In this document: piece by piece, positions 44,779 through 58,655 of the stretch
How the letters are laid out: the number at the start of each line of letters is the position of its first letter
How positions within the stretch are numbered: position 1 is the first letter of the stretch
From: the human T2T-CHM13v2.0 reference genome, Homo sapiens
DNA length: 64,000 nt
Direction: 5' to 3' (one strand)
NCBI RefSeq assembly: GCF_009914755.1
Contig: NC_060937.1
The notes under the pieces: model-generated
The model's database searches: none
Told to the model about the DNA's origin: nothing
What the model saw: only the letters and a program-made list of their open reading frames with translations
Translations under genes and position numbers: made by a program

Positions 44779-47087
44779 TGTCTTAGTTCATTCTCATACT
44801 ACTATAACGGCATATCTGAGACTGGGAATTCTATAAAGGAAAGAGGTTTAATTGACTCACAGTTCTACAGGGCTGGGAAGGCCTCAGGAAATTTACAATC
44901 ATGACAGAAGGGAAAGCAAACACATTACATTTTCACAAGGTTGCAGGAGACAGATAAATAAGACCCAAGTGAAGGGGGAAGCTCCTTATAAAACCATCAG
45001 ATCTCGTGAGAACACAAGAATAGCATGGAGGAAACTGCCTCCATAATTCAATTACCTCCCACCATGTCCCTTCCATGGCACGTGGAGATGATGGGAACTA
45101 CAATTCAAGATTAGATTTGAATGGAGACACAGCCAAAACTTATAATTCCACCCCTGGCCCCTCCCAAATCTCATGTCCTCACATTTCAAAACACAATCAT
45201 GTCCTTCCAACAGTTCCCTAAAGTCTTAACTCATTTCAGCATTAACTCAAATGTCCAAGCCCAAAGTCTCATCTGAGACAAGGCTGGTCTCTTCTGCCTA
45301 TGAGCCTGTAAAATCAAAAGCAAGTTAGTTCCTTCCTAGATACAATGGAGATACAGGTATTGAGTAAATACACCCTTGCTTAATGGGAGAAATTGGCCCA
45401 AACACATTGGGCTACATGTTCCATGCAAATGTGAAATCCAAAGAGGCAGAAATTAAATCCGAAAGCTCCAAAATAATCTCCATTGACTCCATGTCTCACA
45501 CCCAAGTCATGCTGTTGCAAGAGGTGGGTTCCCATGGTCTTGGGCAGCTCTGACCCTGTAGCTTTGCAGGGCACATCCTCCCTCCAGGTTGTTTTCATGG
45601 GCTGATGTTGAGTGCCTGTCTCTTTTCCAGACCCATGGGTGCAAGCTGTAGGTAGATCTACCATTCTCCAGTCCAGAGGACCATGGCCCTCTTCTCGCAA
45701 ATCCACTAGGCATTGCCCCAGTGGGGACTCTGTGTGGGGGCTCCAACCCCACATTTCCCTTTCACACTGCTCTAGCAGAGGTTCTCCATGAGGGCTTTGC
45801 CCCTGCAGCAGAATTCTGCCTGGACATCGAGGCATTTCCATACAGCCTCTGAAATCTAGGCAGAGGTTCCCAAGTCTCAATTCTTGACTTTGGTGCACCT
45901 TCATGATTAACACCATGTGAAAGCTGCCAAAGCTTGGGGCTTGCACCCTCTGAGGCCACAGCCTAAGCTGTACCTTATATCCCCTTTTAGCCATGGCTGG
46001 AGCGGTTGGGACACAGGGCAATAAGCTCCTAGGCTACACACAGCAGGGAGGCCCTGGGCCCAGCCCATGAAACTATTTTCCTTCCTAGACCTCTGGGCCT
46101 GTGATGGGAGAGGCTGTTGCATAAGTCTCTGACATGCTCAGGAGACAGAAGGCTTGAATTTTTCCTCAGAAAATGAATTTTTCTTTTCTATTGCATTGTC
46201 AGGCTGCAATTTTTCCAAACTTTTATGCTCCACTTTCTCTTCAATGCTTTGCCACATAGAATTTTCTCCCACCACATACCCTAAACCATCTCTCTCAAGT
46301 TCAAAGTTCCACAAATCTCTAGGGCAGGAGCAAAATGCCACCATGTCTTTTCTAAAATATAACAAGACTCACCTTTATTCCAATTCCCCAAAAGTTCTTC
46401 ATCTCCATCTGAGACCACCTCAGCCTGGACTTCATTGTCTATACCACTATCAGCATTTTTGTCAAAGCCATTCAACAAGTCTCTAGAAAGTTCCAAAACT
46501 TTCCTACATCTCCCTGTCTTCCAAGCCCTCCAAGTATTTGAGAATTTCCAAACTTTCCCACATTTTTCTATCTTCTTCTGACCCCTCCAGACTGTTCCAA
46601 CCTCTTCCTGTTACCCAGTTCCAAAATCACTTCCATATTTTTGGGTATCTTTACAGTAGTGCCCCATTCCCAGAACCAATTTACTGTATTAGTCCATTCT
46701 CATGCTGCTATGAAGACATACCTGAGACTGGGTAATTTATAAAGGAAATAAATTTAATTGACTGTCCATTTCACAGGGCCGGGAAGGCCTCAGGAAACTT
46801 ACAATCATGGTGGAAGGGGAAGCAAACATGCCCTTCTTCACAAGGCAGCAGGAGAGAGAAGAATGAGAGCTGAGAAAAGAGAGAAGAATGAGAGCTGAGC
46901 AAAGAGAGAAGCCCCTCACAAAACCATCAGATCTCATGAAGAATTACTCATTATCATGAGAATAGCATGGGGGAAACTGCCCCCACGATTCATTTACCTC
47001 CCACTGGGTCCCTCCTAGAACACATGGGAATTTTAGGAACTACAATTTGAGATGAGATTTGGGTGGAAACACAGCCAAAATATATCA
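44779..47087 (-). mobile_element. full-length MaLR provirus, THE1C-like (3' LTR 44779-45145, internal 45146-46684, 5' LTR 46685-47087)
   Basis: Two THE1-type LTRs (TGTATTAGTCCATTCTCATGCTGC...CAGCCAAAATATATCA), THE1-int ORF fragments (DLLNGFDKNADS, CPRDLWNFELERD) and a perfect 5-bp TSD CAGAG at 44774-44778 and 47088-47092. Confidence 0.94.
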
Positions 47088-47900
47088 CAGAGAAAGCAAG
47101 ATTTACTCCTAGTATTATTTTATCTACTATTAAAATGAAATTGCACATTTGTTTCTTTAATACAATGGAAGATAACAACAGTGTCAAAGAAAGGGAACTT
47201 GCTCAAGGATGCAGAGCAGTTGAGAACAGTCAAGGAGCCAGAGACACAAACCCTCATTAAGGTACCTTGCTCTCTGCTAGTTAAGTGGTGGTCACAAAGC
47301 AAAAAAGAAGAAAAAAAAAAAAAACAAAAAAAAAAAACAGAGAAACACGGAAGAGTCCATATAGAATACAATGTCACTTGTTCACCATTCTTCCACTTGG
47401 CATTTATTCAAGTGCTTCTTCTGTGCCAGGTAAAGGTCAGAGCTACAGAGGTGAATAGTACAATGCTACTGAAGTAAAAGTGCTTGAAGTCTTGTGAGCA
47501 TTTGGAGAATTACATTAGGAATAGGGAAAATCACTGCTTTGTGGGTAGTCAGACTGAGGAGTGAGGAGGAACACCTAGATCAAAGAAACAGTTGCTTAAT
47601 TTAGAGGCTCAAGCTCAATTATTAAAATTAATAGCTAAACAATAGTCTTGAAGGATTGTCTTTTTTTTAACAAAAAGAATGCAGAATGATGGAGGGAACT
47701 GCTTAATTTCCACTGGAGTGGAGAGGTAGAGAAACTAGAAACTGAAAATTAAAAAAACCTTAAATAAGTTTAGCTGAATCAGAGAACATTGGGGCTTGCT
47801 CCCCACTTACTCTAGGGCAGCTTGGGTAGTCTAGAAGTCTCTCAAAGAAGCTCTGCATTTTATATAATGCCAAGTCCTGAATGACACAAAGGCACTGTAG

Positions 47901-48117
47901 TAGAATCTTATTACCTCGGTGTTAACATTTTTGTCCACATAATTGTATTTTCTAGGGTGCTGTTATGTATATTGTAGTGTTTTATGTTTTAAGAGTATCA
48001 TTAGCTTCTACTAACTAGATACCAGTAGCATCCCACTCTAACCATGAGAATTATGAATGCCTCCTGACATGTTTCATATTCCCTGGTAAGCAAACCACCT
48101 AAGTTTGACAACCATTG
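47901..48117 (-). mobile_element. MER20 hAT-Charlie DNA transposon
   Basis: CTAGATACCAGTAGCATCCC ... TTGACAACCATTG matches the recalled reverse MER20 consensus. Confidence 0.75.
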
Positions 48118-50119
48118 CACTAATTTAAGGATGGCTATGGGAGAAACCAAGATAGCCTAATGGAGTCACATAAAACACAGCATTTTTTTGGCTCTTTAAT
48201 TGTGTGAAGAGGCTGGAAGAATAAATTCATAGGTTCTGAAATAACTAATAAATTAGAATAGACCTTTGTTCAGAAGAAGGAGGCTACAAAGTGAACAAAT
48301 CTCATAAAAAGATGCTCTCTCAGATGTCTTGGTTTCAGCAGCAGATACCAGCAGTGACCAGATCAATCAACCACACATCCTTAGTATACACCAAGGCAGG
48401 ATATTCATAGACAAGACTGGCTCAATATCTTACCCTGTGGACCCTCAAATGTTCAGAGGACAGCATTTAGGTATAATGTTCTTCCCCGAGGACCTTAATT
48501 TTGCTCCCAAATACCATCCTAAAAAAAGATTAGGAAAGACCAGCGGAGAGAGAAGAACTAACACTAAAACTGAAATTAAAAATTTTAAAGCCAGAAAATA
48601 TGGAGATGTCCCAATTGCCAAGTTTTTCCAGTGATTGCCACAGAACCAGATGAGGCCAATTAGAGAAAATTTAAAAAATTTCTACTTGTAACATGTCGGA
48701 CTCCATAAATGATTATTCTTATTGGCGATATTTTGATTCATTGCATGTATAGGGTGTGGTAAGACCATGGAACATGTTAGAAGGGAAACCCGGGCGTTCA
48801 CCCAGGACAATTGAACTGGATAGAATTTTGCATATATTGAGAAAAAGAAGACACAATCTGAAAACATATTTTCTAGGGAAAAGGTAGATATTTACTTTAT
48901 TAATACATCCAGTAAGTAATGGTCTACATTTACCTCAAATGTAGGGAGATATTTTGGCTGGACCTTTCAAACAATAACCATATAGCACTTGGAAGAATAT
49001 TATTAAGATCACCTAGGATAAGTGTGTAGATAAAGAAAATAAAGCAACTGAAAATAAAAAATTAACAAAATGTTTTTGAATGAATATGTGAGAGAAGAAT
49101 TCTGGATAGGAGGCACTTAAGAAGGCGAAATTAACTCATAAATAAGATGAAAAGAAACCTACAGAATACATTATTTTATGACAAGTGTGCTTAAGCATAT
49201 TATGCATTGAATCTAAAAAGAGTTTATTTTATTTGACACTGATACGGTTATTAGTCTTCTTTAAAAATTAAGCCATTCAGTCTAGTGGCTGGGGTGCAAT
49301 CCAAAATGTATGAAGCAAGAGAGGAGCAGCTAATGTAGAGAACTCTTTTAAGAAACGTGTGGGCAGCATAATAGAAATGACGATGAAATGCAGAGAGGAT
49401 TGTTTGTTTTTAAGCTATAGGGATTTATACTACAGGGCAAAGGAATAATGAATGAAACAAGGTACCCAAGCAAAAAAAGCAACAAGACCCACAGTACAAA
49501 GGATAAGAATTTTCTAGTCACTTGGAGAGAAACATTCTTTGTTTTCTTATTATGATAGAAAGAAGAAATTATTACAGGATTTCTAGAGGTGTGCTGATAT
49601 AAATATGAGTGAGTTCCGGTTTGAAGGTTTCTATTTCTGTTTAAAAGATGGCAAAGAAAAAGCCCTTCTCAGAGTTAAGGAAATGGAATGTTGGAGGATA
49701 ATTGAAACATTTTTAAATAGTCACTGTGAAGAATTTTAAAAGAGTGCTAACTTGGATTGTAGAAATAGTTTTAAGGAGCTTTGAGGATTTCACTGCAGCT
49801 GATCACTCAAAAGTATTGTAACTTCTGGGGAAAGTGTGTGTCATAAAAGGCAATATAATTAGGATGAAGAAAGAATTTGACCATGAGTTGTGAAAGCAAT
49901 AAAATCAAATAAGTACCTGGTTAAGAAACTCAGAAAGAGTGAAAAGTCACATTAAAAAAATAATAATAATAGGTGTGCCTAAAAGAACTACAATTTTACT
50001 CAGAGGCTGTTCTAAAATCAGCTACTCAGTAGAACTTATGGATATAATTTGCTGATTCAAGTAATAATTTAATTGAGTTGGACAGATTTGATGAAGAAAA
50101 TTGAATGATTAATGCACCA

Positions 50120-50850
50120 TTTTAGATGGTGTTCCCTGGAGTTGTATGCAAACAGTGTGTCCAGGGTGCTCTAGAGAGATATGTCCATAAGAAAATGAGG
50201 GAATGTAACCATCATGGTTTAACCAGAGAAAATAACACGTAAGAGGCATACATTAAGAGATTTATTTCAAGGAATCAACTTAAACAATTGGGACTGGCTA
50301 GTCAAATCTGAAGTGCCTAAGGCAGCTGTAAGGAAAGGCAGCCTGGAACTCTGGGGAGGGGCTGAAACTGTTGCCGACAGGCAGAATTTCTTCAGCAGGA
50401 AGCTCCAGTTTGTTCTGAACACCTTTCAACTCATTGAATCAGACCCAAGCAGATTATCTAAAATTATCTCCTACTTAAATCCAACTGATAATGGGCTTTA
50501 ATCATATCCACGAAATATCTTCCCAGAAAAGCCAACTTTAGTGTTTGATTGAATTGCTGAGAATCATAGTTTAGCTGAGTTGACATACAAATCTGAACAT
50601 CACAGGAAGACAGAATTGGATTGGAATGCTCTACAATGTGGTTGCAATGGAGGCTTCAGCCTGTCCTCTGAGATTTGCATTAATCGTTCAGAGTTGTTCC
50701 AGTAGGAACAGCAGTGCCAGGGCTTTGTATCCCTACATCAGCCAGGCACTGTGGTGCCTGATGATGGAGAAATTCTTATTGAAAAACCACATGTGAGTAC
50801 ATTGGCCCTAAAGACACCTGAGTGGAGAATCACAGTATTTACTGTACAGA
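50120..50850 (-). mobile_element. ancient ERVL LTR (LTR16-like), interrupted by an MLT2-like LTR
   Basis: GAGGCTTCAGCC...AGAGTTGTTCC...GCCAGGGCTTTGTATCCCTACATCAGCCAG resembles antisense LTR16; very decayed. Confidence 0.45.
50204..50604 (-). mobile_element. ERVL solo LTR (MLT2D/E-like)
   Basis: Reverse complement starts TGTGATGTTCAGATTTGTATGTCAACT and contains TTCAATCAAACACTA; GGAA on both flanks. Confidence 0.78.
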
Positions 50851-51394
50851 TGATAATTTAAACTGCTGACATGATTCAATGAAAAGTTTCATTTTAAACT
50901 ACTCTAAAAAATCATTGTCATTGATGCAGAGTTTTTTATTGCATTATTGGTAGGCTTTTACTTTATTGTATTCTGTATCGATTTTAAGTCAAATCAGCAA
51001 ACACAAATAGGATAGTCTATAATTGTTAGGTTGACTAACAAGCTACCATTTCTTCCATTTTTTTCTATCAATTTCTCTGCATTGTATACAGAGAATACAA
51101 CATTTCCCTTGTTGTATTCTGACGAAGTTTACCAGGAGCTGTAGAGAAACTGCCCTTCATAAAAATTGACAGATGTGTCCGTTTTAACTTTAAAAGCAGC
51201 CAATCAATAAAAATAAAAAATAGGAATTTTTCTATCCACTGTTGTGATGTTCACTTACGTAAAAGACTCAAATAAACTCTTGGAATTAATGATTCTGAAA
51301 TTGGCCAGAGAGATTGTAGTCTCGTTATTCCCAGCTAAATAGTTTGTACTTAGTTCTAGAAACCCAGGATGGTTCAGTGTAATCTATAGTTAAT

Positions 51395-51883
51395 TATATA
51401 TATATATATATTTATATATTTATATATATTTATATTCATATATATTTATATTTATATATTCATATATTTATATTTACATAAATATTCATATATTTATATT
51501 TACATAGATATTCATATATTTATATTTACATAGATATTCATATATTTATATTTACATAGATATTCATATATTTATATTTACATAGATATTCATATATTTA
51601 TATTTACATAGATATTCATATATTTATATTTACATAGATATTCATATATTTATATTTACATAGATATTCATATATTTATATTTACATAGATATTCATATA
51701 TTTATATTTACATAGATATTCATATATTTATATTTACATAGATATTCATATATTTATATTTACATAGATATTCATATATTTATATTTACATAGATATTCA
51801 TATATTTATATTTACATAGATATTCATTTATTTATATTTACATAGATATTCATATATTTATATTTACATAAATATTCATATAT
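51395..51883. repeat. AT-rich minisatellite, 26-bp unit ATATTCATATATTTATATTTACATAG, 16 full copies (51456-51871) plus degenerate (TA)n edges
   Basis: Unit starts recur exactly every 26 bp from 51456 to 51872. Confidence 0.96.
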
Positions 51884-52068
51884 AGACAAGATCTCACTCT
51901 GTCACCCAGACTGGAGTGTAGTGATACGATGATGATGGCTCACTGCAGCCTCAACCTCCCTGGGCTTGGGAGATCCTCCCAACTCAGCTTGCCAAGTAGC
52001 TTGGACTACAGGCACATGCCACCACAACCAAGTACTTTTTAAATTTTTTGTAGAGATAGGGTATCACC
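51884..52068 (-). mobile_element. 5'-truncated AluJ
   Basis: GGCTCACTGCAGCCTCAACCTCC, GATCCTCCCAACTCAGC and TTTTTAAATTTTTTGTAGAGATAGGG are AluJ-type; ends within the left arm. Confidence 0.85.
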
Positions 52069-52404
52069 AAAAAAAGAATATTTTTCTTTCCATTCTTTGT
52101 GACTTCATTATTGTGATTCACCCAGCAACTGCTTTTGAATTCTCTGATGCTTCCAAGGCTAAATCTAGAGCAGCAAGTGAAAAGTTGCATATTGAGGAAC
52201 ATCAATAAAATAATTCATTGGGTAAGTCCATCTGAGGTGAACTCATCAAAAGATGGGTGACTTACGACTTTGATCATCTTGTTTTCTCTAGTAGCTAATC
52301 ATAACAAAAATGTCTACAAATATTCTAGTTAAATAAGCAACCATTTGACTATTTTAGTAAGCTATTTATTGGTTTCTTTTATATTTCTTTCTGTCTTCTC
52401 CCAT

Positions 52405-53243
52405 TTCTATAGAGACATAATATTTGTACACATTTATGTGTTGGTGATATTTTGTTACATGCATAGAATGTGTATTGATGAAGTCAAAATATTTAGGGTA
52501 TCCATCACTTCAACTATTTATTATTTCAATGCATTGAGACCATTTCAAGGCCTCTCTTCTAACTATTTTGAAATATATAATACATTGTTGTTAACTATAG
52601 CCACCCTACTCTGCTACCAAACATTAGAACTCATTCCTTCTATCTAACTGTATGTTTTAACCATTAAACAACTTTTCTTTATTCTCCCCTTCCCTGTCTG
52701 CCCCATCCCTACCCTCCTGCCACAACCACACTACTAGCCTTTGGTATCTATCATTCTACTCTCTACCTCCATGAGATCAACGTTTTTAGTTCCTACATAT
52801 GAGTGACAACATGTAATATTTGTCTTTCTCTGCCTTGCTTATTTCACTTAACATAATGACCTCCAGTTCTATCCTTGTTGTTGCATGATTTCATTCTTTT
52901 CAATGGTAACATGATATCCTTTTCTATGGTTTAATATATTCCACTGTATATCTGTATCACATTTTCTTTGTCCATTCCTTTCTCTATAGACATTTTAATT
53001 GTTTCCATATCTTTGCTATTGTGAATACTGCTGCAATAAACATGGGTGTGCAGTTATGTTATCTTTTTAATATACTGATTTCTTTTCCTTTGGATAAATA
53101 CTCAGTAGGGAGATTGCTGGACTCTAAGGCAGTTCTATTTTTAGTTTTTTGAAAATGTTTCATACTGTTTTTCATAGTAACTATATTATTTTACATTCCA
53201 CAACAACAGTGTATAAAAGTTCTATTTTGTCTTCATAGTCACC

Positions 53244-53260
<17 letters not shown>
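52405..53260 (-). mobile_element. L1MA (MA3/MA4-like) 3' end
   Basis: CTATTTTGAAATATATAATACATTGTTGTTAACTATAG, CTCTCTACCTCCATGAGATCAAC, CTGCAATAAACATGGG. Confidence 0.85.
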
Positions 53261-53698
<438 letters not shown>

Positions 53699-53702
53699 CA
53701 GC

Positions 53703-53755
<53 letters not shown>

Positions 53756-55203
53756 ACACATATTACATATATCTAGAAAATATATATTAATAGCACAACA
53801 TATTATATATATATCTAGAAAATATATATTCTTTTATATATTATATATTCTTTGTATCTTTATAAATATATTTTCTGCAAATTTGTGATTTGGTTTGTTC
53901 TTGCTTTTCTAGTTCCTGAGGTGCATCTTTACATGGTTTATTTAAAATTATTGTAATTTTTGTAGGTGTTTATTGCTATAACTTTCACTCATAGCACTGT
54001 TTTTGCAGTACTCCATAAGTTTTGGTATGTTGTGTTTCCATTTTCATTTGTTTCAGGTAATTTTTTTATTTCCTACTTAATTCCTTCTTGGACCCAGTGC
54101 TCATACAGGAGAATATATTTTTTCAAATTTTCATGTATTTTTAGAATTTGCAAAATTCCTCTAGTTATTGATTTCCAGTATTATTTCGTTTTAGACTAAA
54201 GATACTTGATATAATTTTGGTTTTTAGAATTTGTTGAGACTTCTTTTGTGACCTAACGTGGTCTATCCTGGAGAATCCTTTATGTGCTTATGAAAAGAAT
54301 ATATATTCTGTAGTTGTGGATAAAATGTTCTGATAAGGTCTGTTACATCCATGTTTCTAAGTCCAGTTTGTATTCAATATTTCTTTGTTAATTTTCTGTT
54401 TCATTAAGCTGTCTACTGCTGACAGTAGAATACTGAAATCTCCAACTATTATTGTGTTGGAGCCAATCTCTCCTTTCATATCCAAAAATATTTGCATTCT
54501 ATACCTGGGTTCTCCAGTGTTTGGTACAGATATGTTTACAACTGTTATATCCCGTTACTGAATTGATCTTTTTGTTATTATATAATTACTTTCTTTGCCT
54601 CTTTTGTCTGTTTTTTACTAGAAGTTTGTTTTATTTGATATTAGTATAGCTACTCCTGCCTGTTTTGTGTTTCTGTTTGCATGGAATATCTTTTTACTTT
54701 GAGTTGATATGTATCCCTAGCTTTGAGATGAGTTTCCTGAAAGTAGCATATAGTTGTATCATGTTTGTTTGTTTTTAAAACCATTCAGCTAATCTATACC
54801 TTATAAGAGGCAGTTTAATCAGTTTACATTAAAAGTCTTCATTGATATGTGAGGGCTTATTCTGTTGATTTTAATTGACTTCTAGTTGTTTTACATCTTT
54901 TTTGTTTCTTTCATTCTTCTTTATTTATTATTGTAGTTTGGTGATTTTCTACAGTGGTAAAATTTGAATTATTTCTCTTCCTCATTTGTGTGTTTGCTCT
55001 AACAGTGCGTTTTATACTTTTTTGGGTTTTCATTATGTTAGATATTGTTTTTTCACTTTTAGGTGTAGGACTTTCTTTAGTGCTTCTTATAGGACGAGCC
55101 TAGTTGTGATTAATTCGCTCAGGCTTTGCTTGTCTGGGAAAGTCTTTATTTCTCCTTTATTTAAAAAGTGACTTTGCTGGATATAGCATGCCTTGACTGG
55201 TAG

Positions 55204-55206
55204 TAT

Positions 55207-55237
<31 letters not shown>

Positions 55238-55239
55238 TT
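55204..55239. repeat. (TATT)9 microsatellite
   Basis: Direct reading. Confidence 0.9.
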
Positions 55240-55375
55240 AGCACTCTGAATATATCATTTCATTCTCCCCTGGTAAGTGGTCTGCTGAGAAATGCAATGA
55301 TGTTCTAATGGGTGTTCCCTTATAAATGTCTAGATGTTTCTCTCTTGCTGTTTTTAGAATTATCTCTCTGTCCTT

Positions 55376-55842
55376 TTATTATTACTATTATTATTATCAT
55401 ACTTTAAGTTCTGGGGTACATGGGCAGGACGTGCAGATTTGTTATATAAGTATACACGTGCCACAGTGGTTTGCTGCACCCATCAACCCGTCATCTACAT
55501 TAGGTATTTCTCCTGATATTATCCCTCCCCTAGCCCCCTACCCCATGACAGGCCTTGGTGTGTGATGTTTTTCTTCCTGTGTCCATGTGTTCTCATCGTT
55601 CAATTGCCACTTATGCATGAGAACACACAGTGTTTGGTTTTCTGTTCTTGCGTTAGTTTGCTGAGAATGATGGTTTCCAGCTTCATCCATGTCCCTGTGA
55701 AGGACATGAACTCATCATTTTTTATGACTGCATAGCATTCCATGGTGTATATGTGCCACATTTTCTTTATCCAGTCTATCATTGATGGGCATTTCGTTTG
55801 GTTCCAAGTCTTTGCCATTGTGAACTGTGCCTCAATAAACAT
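55376..55842 (-). mobile_element. 5'-truncated L1PA (PA6-8-like)
   Basis: ORF 55600-55842 is the ORF2p C-terminus (WIKKMWHIYTME...LETIILSKLTQEQKTK); L1PA 3' UTR present; 17-bp TSD ATTATCTCTCTGTCCTT (55359-55375) / ATTATCTTTTTGTCTTT (55843-55859). Confidence 0.92.
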
Positions 55843-56854
55843 ATTATCTTTTTGTCTTTGATTTGATAGTTTAAATATAATGTGCCATAAAGAAGGCTTT
55901 TTGAATTTTATCTGTTTGGAATTCCCTGATTAAGGCATTTTTAAAGAGATTTTCTATCCCTTTTGCTTTCTTTTTGCCTTCTGGGACATTAACTTTTATT
56001 TGCTTGCTTTATGGTGTCCCGTATGTCCCATAGGCTCTGTTCATTCTTTTTAATTTCTTTTTCCTTATTTTTGTCTGACTGGATTATTTCAAAGGACCTG
56101 TATTCAGGTTTTAAAATTCTTACTTTTGTTTGATCTAATCTACTGATGAAGCTTTATAATGTATTTTTAAATTTTATTTAATGAGTTCTACAATTTCAGA
56201 ATTGCTGTTTAGTTATTTTTCATGATATCTATATCTTTGGTAAATTTCTCATTTATATCTAAAATTGTTTTTCTGATTTTTCTGCTGCTTACCTGAGTTT
56301 TCTTATGTTTCACTAATGCTCTTCAATATCATTATTCTGAATTTTTTCTGGGAGTTCAAACATTTCTTTTTGATGGAAATCTATTGCTAGATAATTACTG
56401 TGTTATTTTGGAGGTGTTCATATTTTGTTTATTTTCCTGTTTCTTGTCTGATTGTGGTGACATCTGGGCATCTGTTGAATAGTGACATATTTAATGATGT
56501 AACAAAAAGTCACTTAAAAACTTATAACCTCCTCTGTTATTCTCAAGTACTCCAAGTCTCTCAATATTTTCTCACCTTTAACTGCAACGGGACTTTGTCA
56601 CACTCCATTACAGTTGTGGTCCAGTAGTTTATCTTTTTTCTTCTCTTTCCCATCATGTCCAATCATGCATGATGTTATCCTTATAGTTCTTGATCACATT
56701 CCCAGCTTCTCACAGCCCATTAGATAAAATTGTACTGTTCTTATGGTTGTTTTCTCCCTCAAAACATTATTCTCAGGAGTAGAAAAGTTAGTAAATGGTA
56801 ATGGTGGGGTGAGTGAGTTTTCATATTATCCTATTTACCTTATTACAGACATAT

Positions 56855-56930
56855 TCTATCTCTATCTATCCATCTATCTATTCATTCATCTATCTTTCTA
56901 TCTACCTACTTACCTGCCGATCTACCTATT
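56855..56930. repeat. degenerate (CTAT)n/(CTAC)n simple repeat
   Basis: TCTATCTCTATCTATCCATCTATCTA...CTACCTACTTACC. Confidence 0.75.
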
Positions 56931-58655
56931 TCCCCATCCACCAAAGTATAAATTGGGCAATCATTCATAAAAATGTATAGAGTATTTAATCTACATGTAT
57001 GAATGTTATTCATACAGGTAAATTTTTGAAGGAGAGTATTGGTTGATTCCCAAAATATTACCAAAGGAAGAAACAATACAAGACAACTTGTATTTTAAGA
57101 ATATTTGTAGCATGTAAAATGTTTTATGGACATATGTAGAAACCTTCACAGTCATTATTTCTTGATAGTAGGATGACAATTTTTGTTTTCTCATGTATAT
57201 ATTTCTCTATTTTTCAATATTTCTAAGTTGAATGTGTATTAATTTTAACAGAGAAACTATAAAAATTAATTTGTTTTGAAATAAAGTATAACCTATTCCA
57301 GAAAATAAAAGAAATACATAAGTTAACTAATGCTTAGATATATTCATATATTACTCAAAATTGTTTTTATTTTTAAACAACTAATATGTATTTCAAAAGA
57401 GCTTAGATATCAATAATTATTTCCTAACAAATACTGTTTAAAAGTATTATTGCATAGTTTCATCCTTTTAAAATATTATGCTACCGTATAACTACCATTC
57501 CTGTTTTACTAGACTGTAAATTCAATCAAGCCATGCACAATGGCATGGCAGTCAGCAGAGATGCAAACAACAACAATAAAAAAAATGTTTACTAGGGAAA
57601 CACCTTATTTAGTGTTGATCAATTTTCAGTTATCTTGTTCTTGATTCCACATCACATTTTAGGTGTGTTTTTTTAATTTGTTTGCTTTGCCAATCACGTG
57701 GATCCTTCCTTCTTTTTTTTTTCTTCCTACCATGGTTGTGTACTTTTTCACACTCTTCTCAGTAACAGCGGTTGCTTCCTGAATATTCAACCTTTAAATG
57801 TGGCACACATTCAACATTTTGAAGATAATATACTGTATTGACTTGTGTTAATTTATGACACTAACATTAGAGAAGCTAATATGGTTTGTCTTGTCTCTCT
57901 CTCTGTGTCTGGGAAGGGGAGAACTCTCCCTGACTTTATCTCCCTTTTGAGGTATGAATACTCAAAAACCATCTCCCCAGATAATTCTTATATTGCACAT
58001 AGAACCAGCTACAGAGTGTCTTTAAGGATATCAGTGGCTTAACTCTCTTATCTTTATCTTTTTTAGCATTCCATTTAATTACTCCATATGCACAGAAACT
58101 GAAATCGAGTGTGCCCACCATACAAGTACGTATCAGGGCACTTACCTAATTCTACATTTCCAAGTAGATTGACACCATAAATTGATATGATATATCCTAA
58201 ATTGAGGAAATGTAATTTGTAAAAAAAAAAAATTAAGAGTGGAAAAGATTTGCCTTCCTATGCTCATGCCATTTTCGTTATAGAGAATTTTTCTCTAACA
58301 TTGCTTGCAGATAGAAAAACAGCCAGAAACTGACTTAAGTAACATTTTCATCTTTATGATTTATAATGAAATCATGAGGAAATTAATTTTTAAATAATTG
58401 AAGAAAGTAAAAAGTATTTGAAAAATGAAAAAGAAAGGTTTTACTATGGTTTTTAAAATGACCACAACCAGATACTTACACTGTTAGGGAAATATAATTA
58501 AAAACAAAACCTCCTGCCAACCCAGAAAATCTCTTCAGAAAGAAAAAAGATAAATAAAACAGTTTTCTTATTGGATAAGTATTGAACCAAGATGAGTGCA
58601 CATCATAGGCACTCTACTAAGAGATTGCAAAGATCAAAATAAATTTCACCCTTTT

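Larger units (their letters stand above)
53870..56470 (-). mobile_element. old L1 (ORF1 to ORF2 EN region), interrupted by an L1PA
   Basis: GAAATCTCCAACTATTATTG (EN), TCTGCTGAGAAAT (ORF1), TTTTTGTCTGACTGGATTATTTCAAAGGACCTG. Confidence 0.85.

Noticed and set aside
45380-46021. 213-aa ORF, the longest in the window
   Set aside because: Lies wholly within THE1-int, starts at a non-ATG codon and is consistent with a chance or fragmentary MaLR frame.
51456-51883. 26-bp array as a CRISPR-like locus
   Set aside because: Units are head-to-tail with no unique spacers and there are no cas genes.
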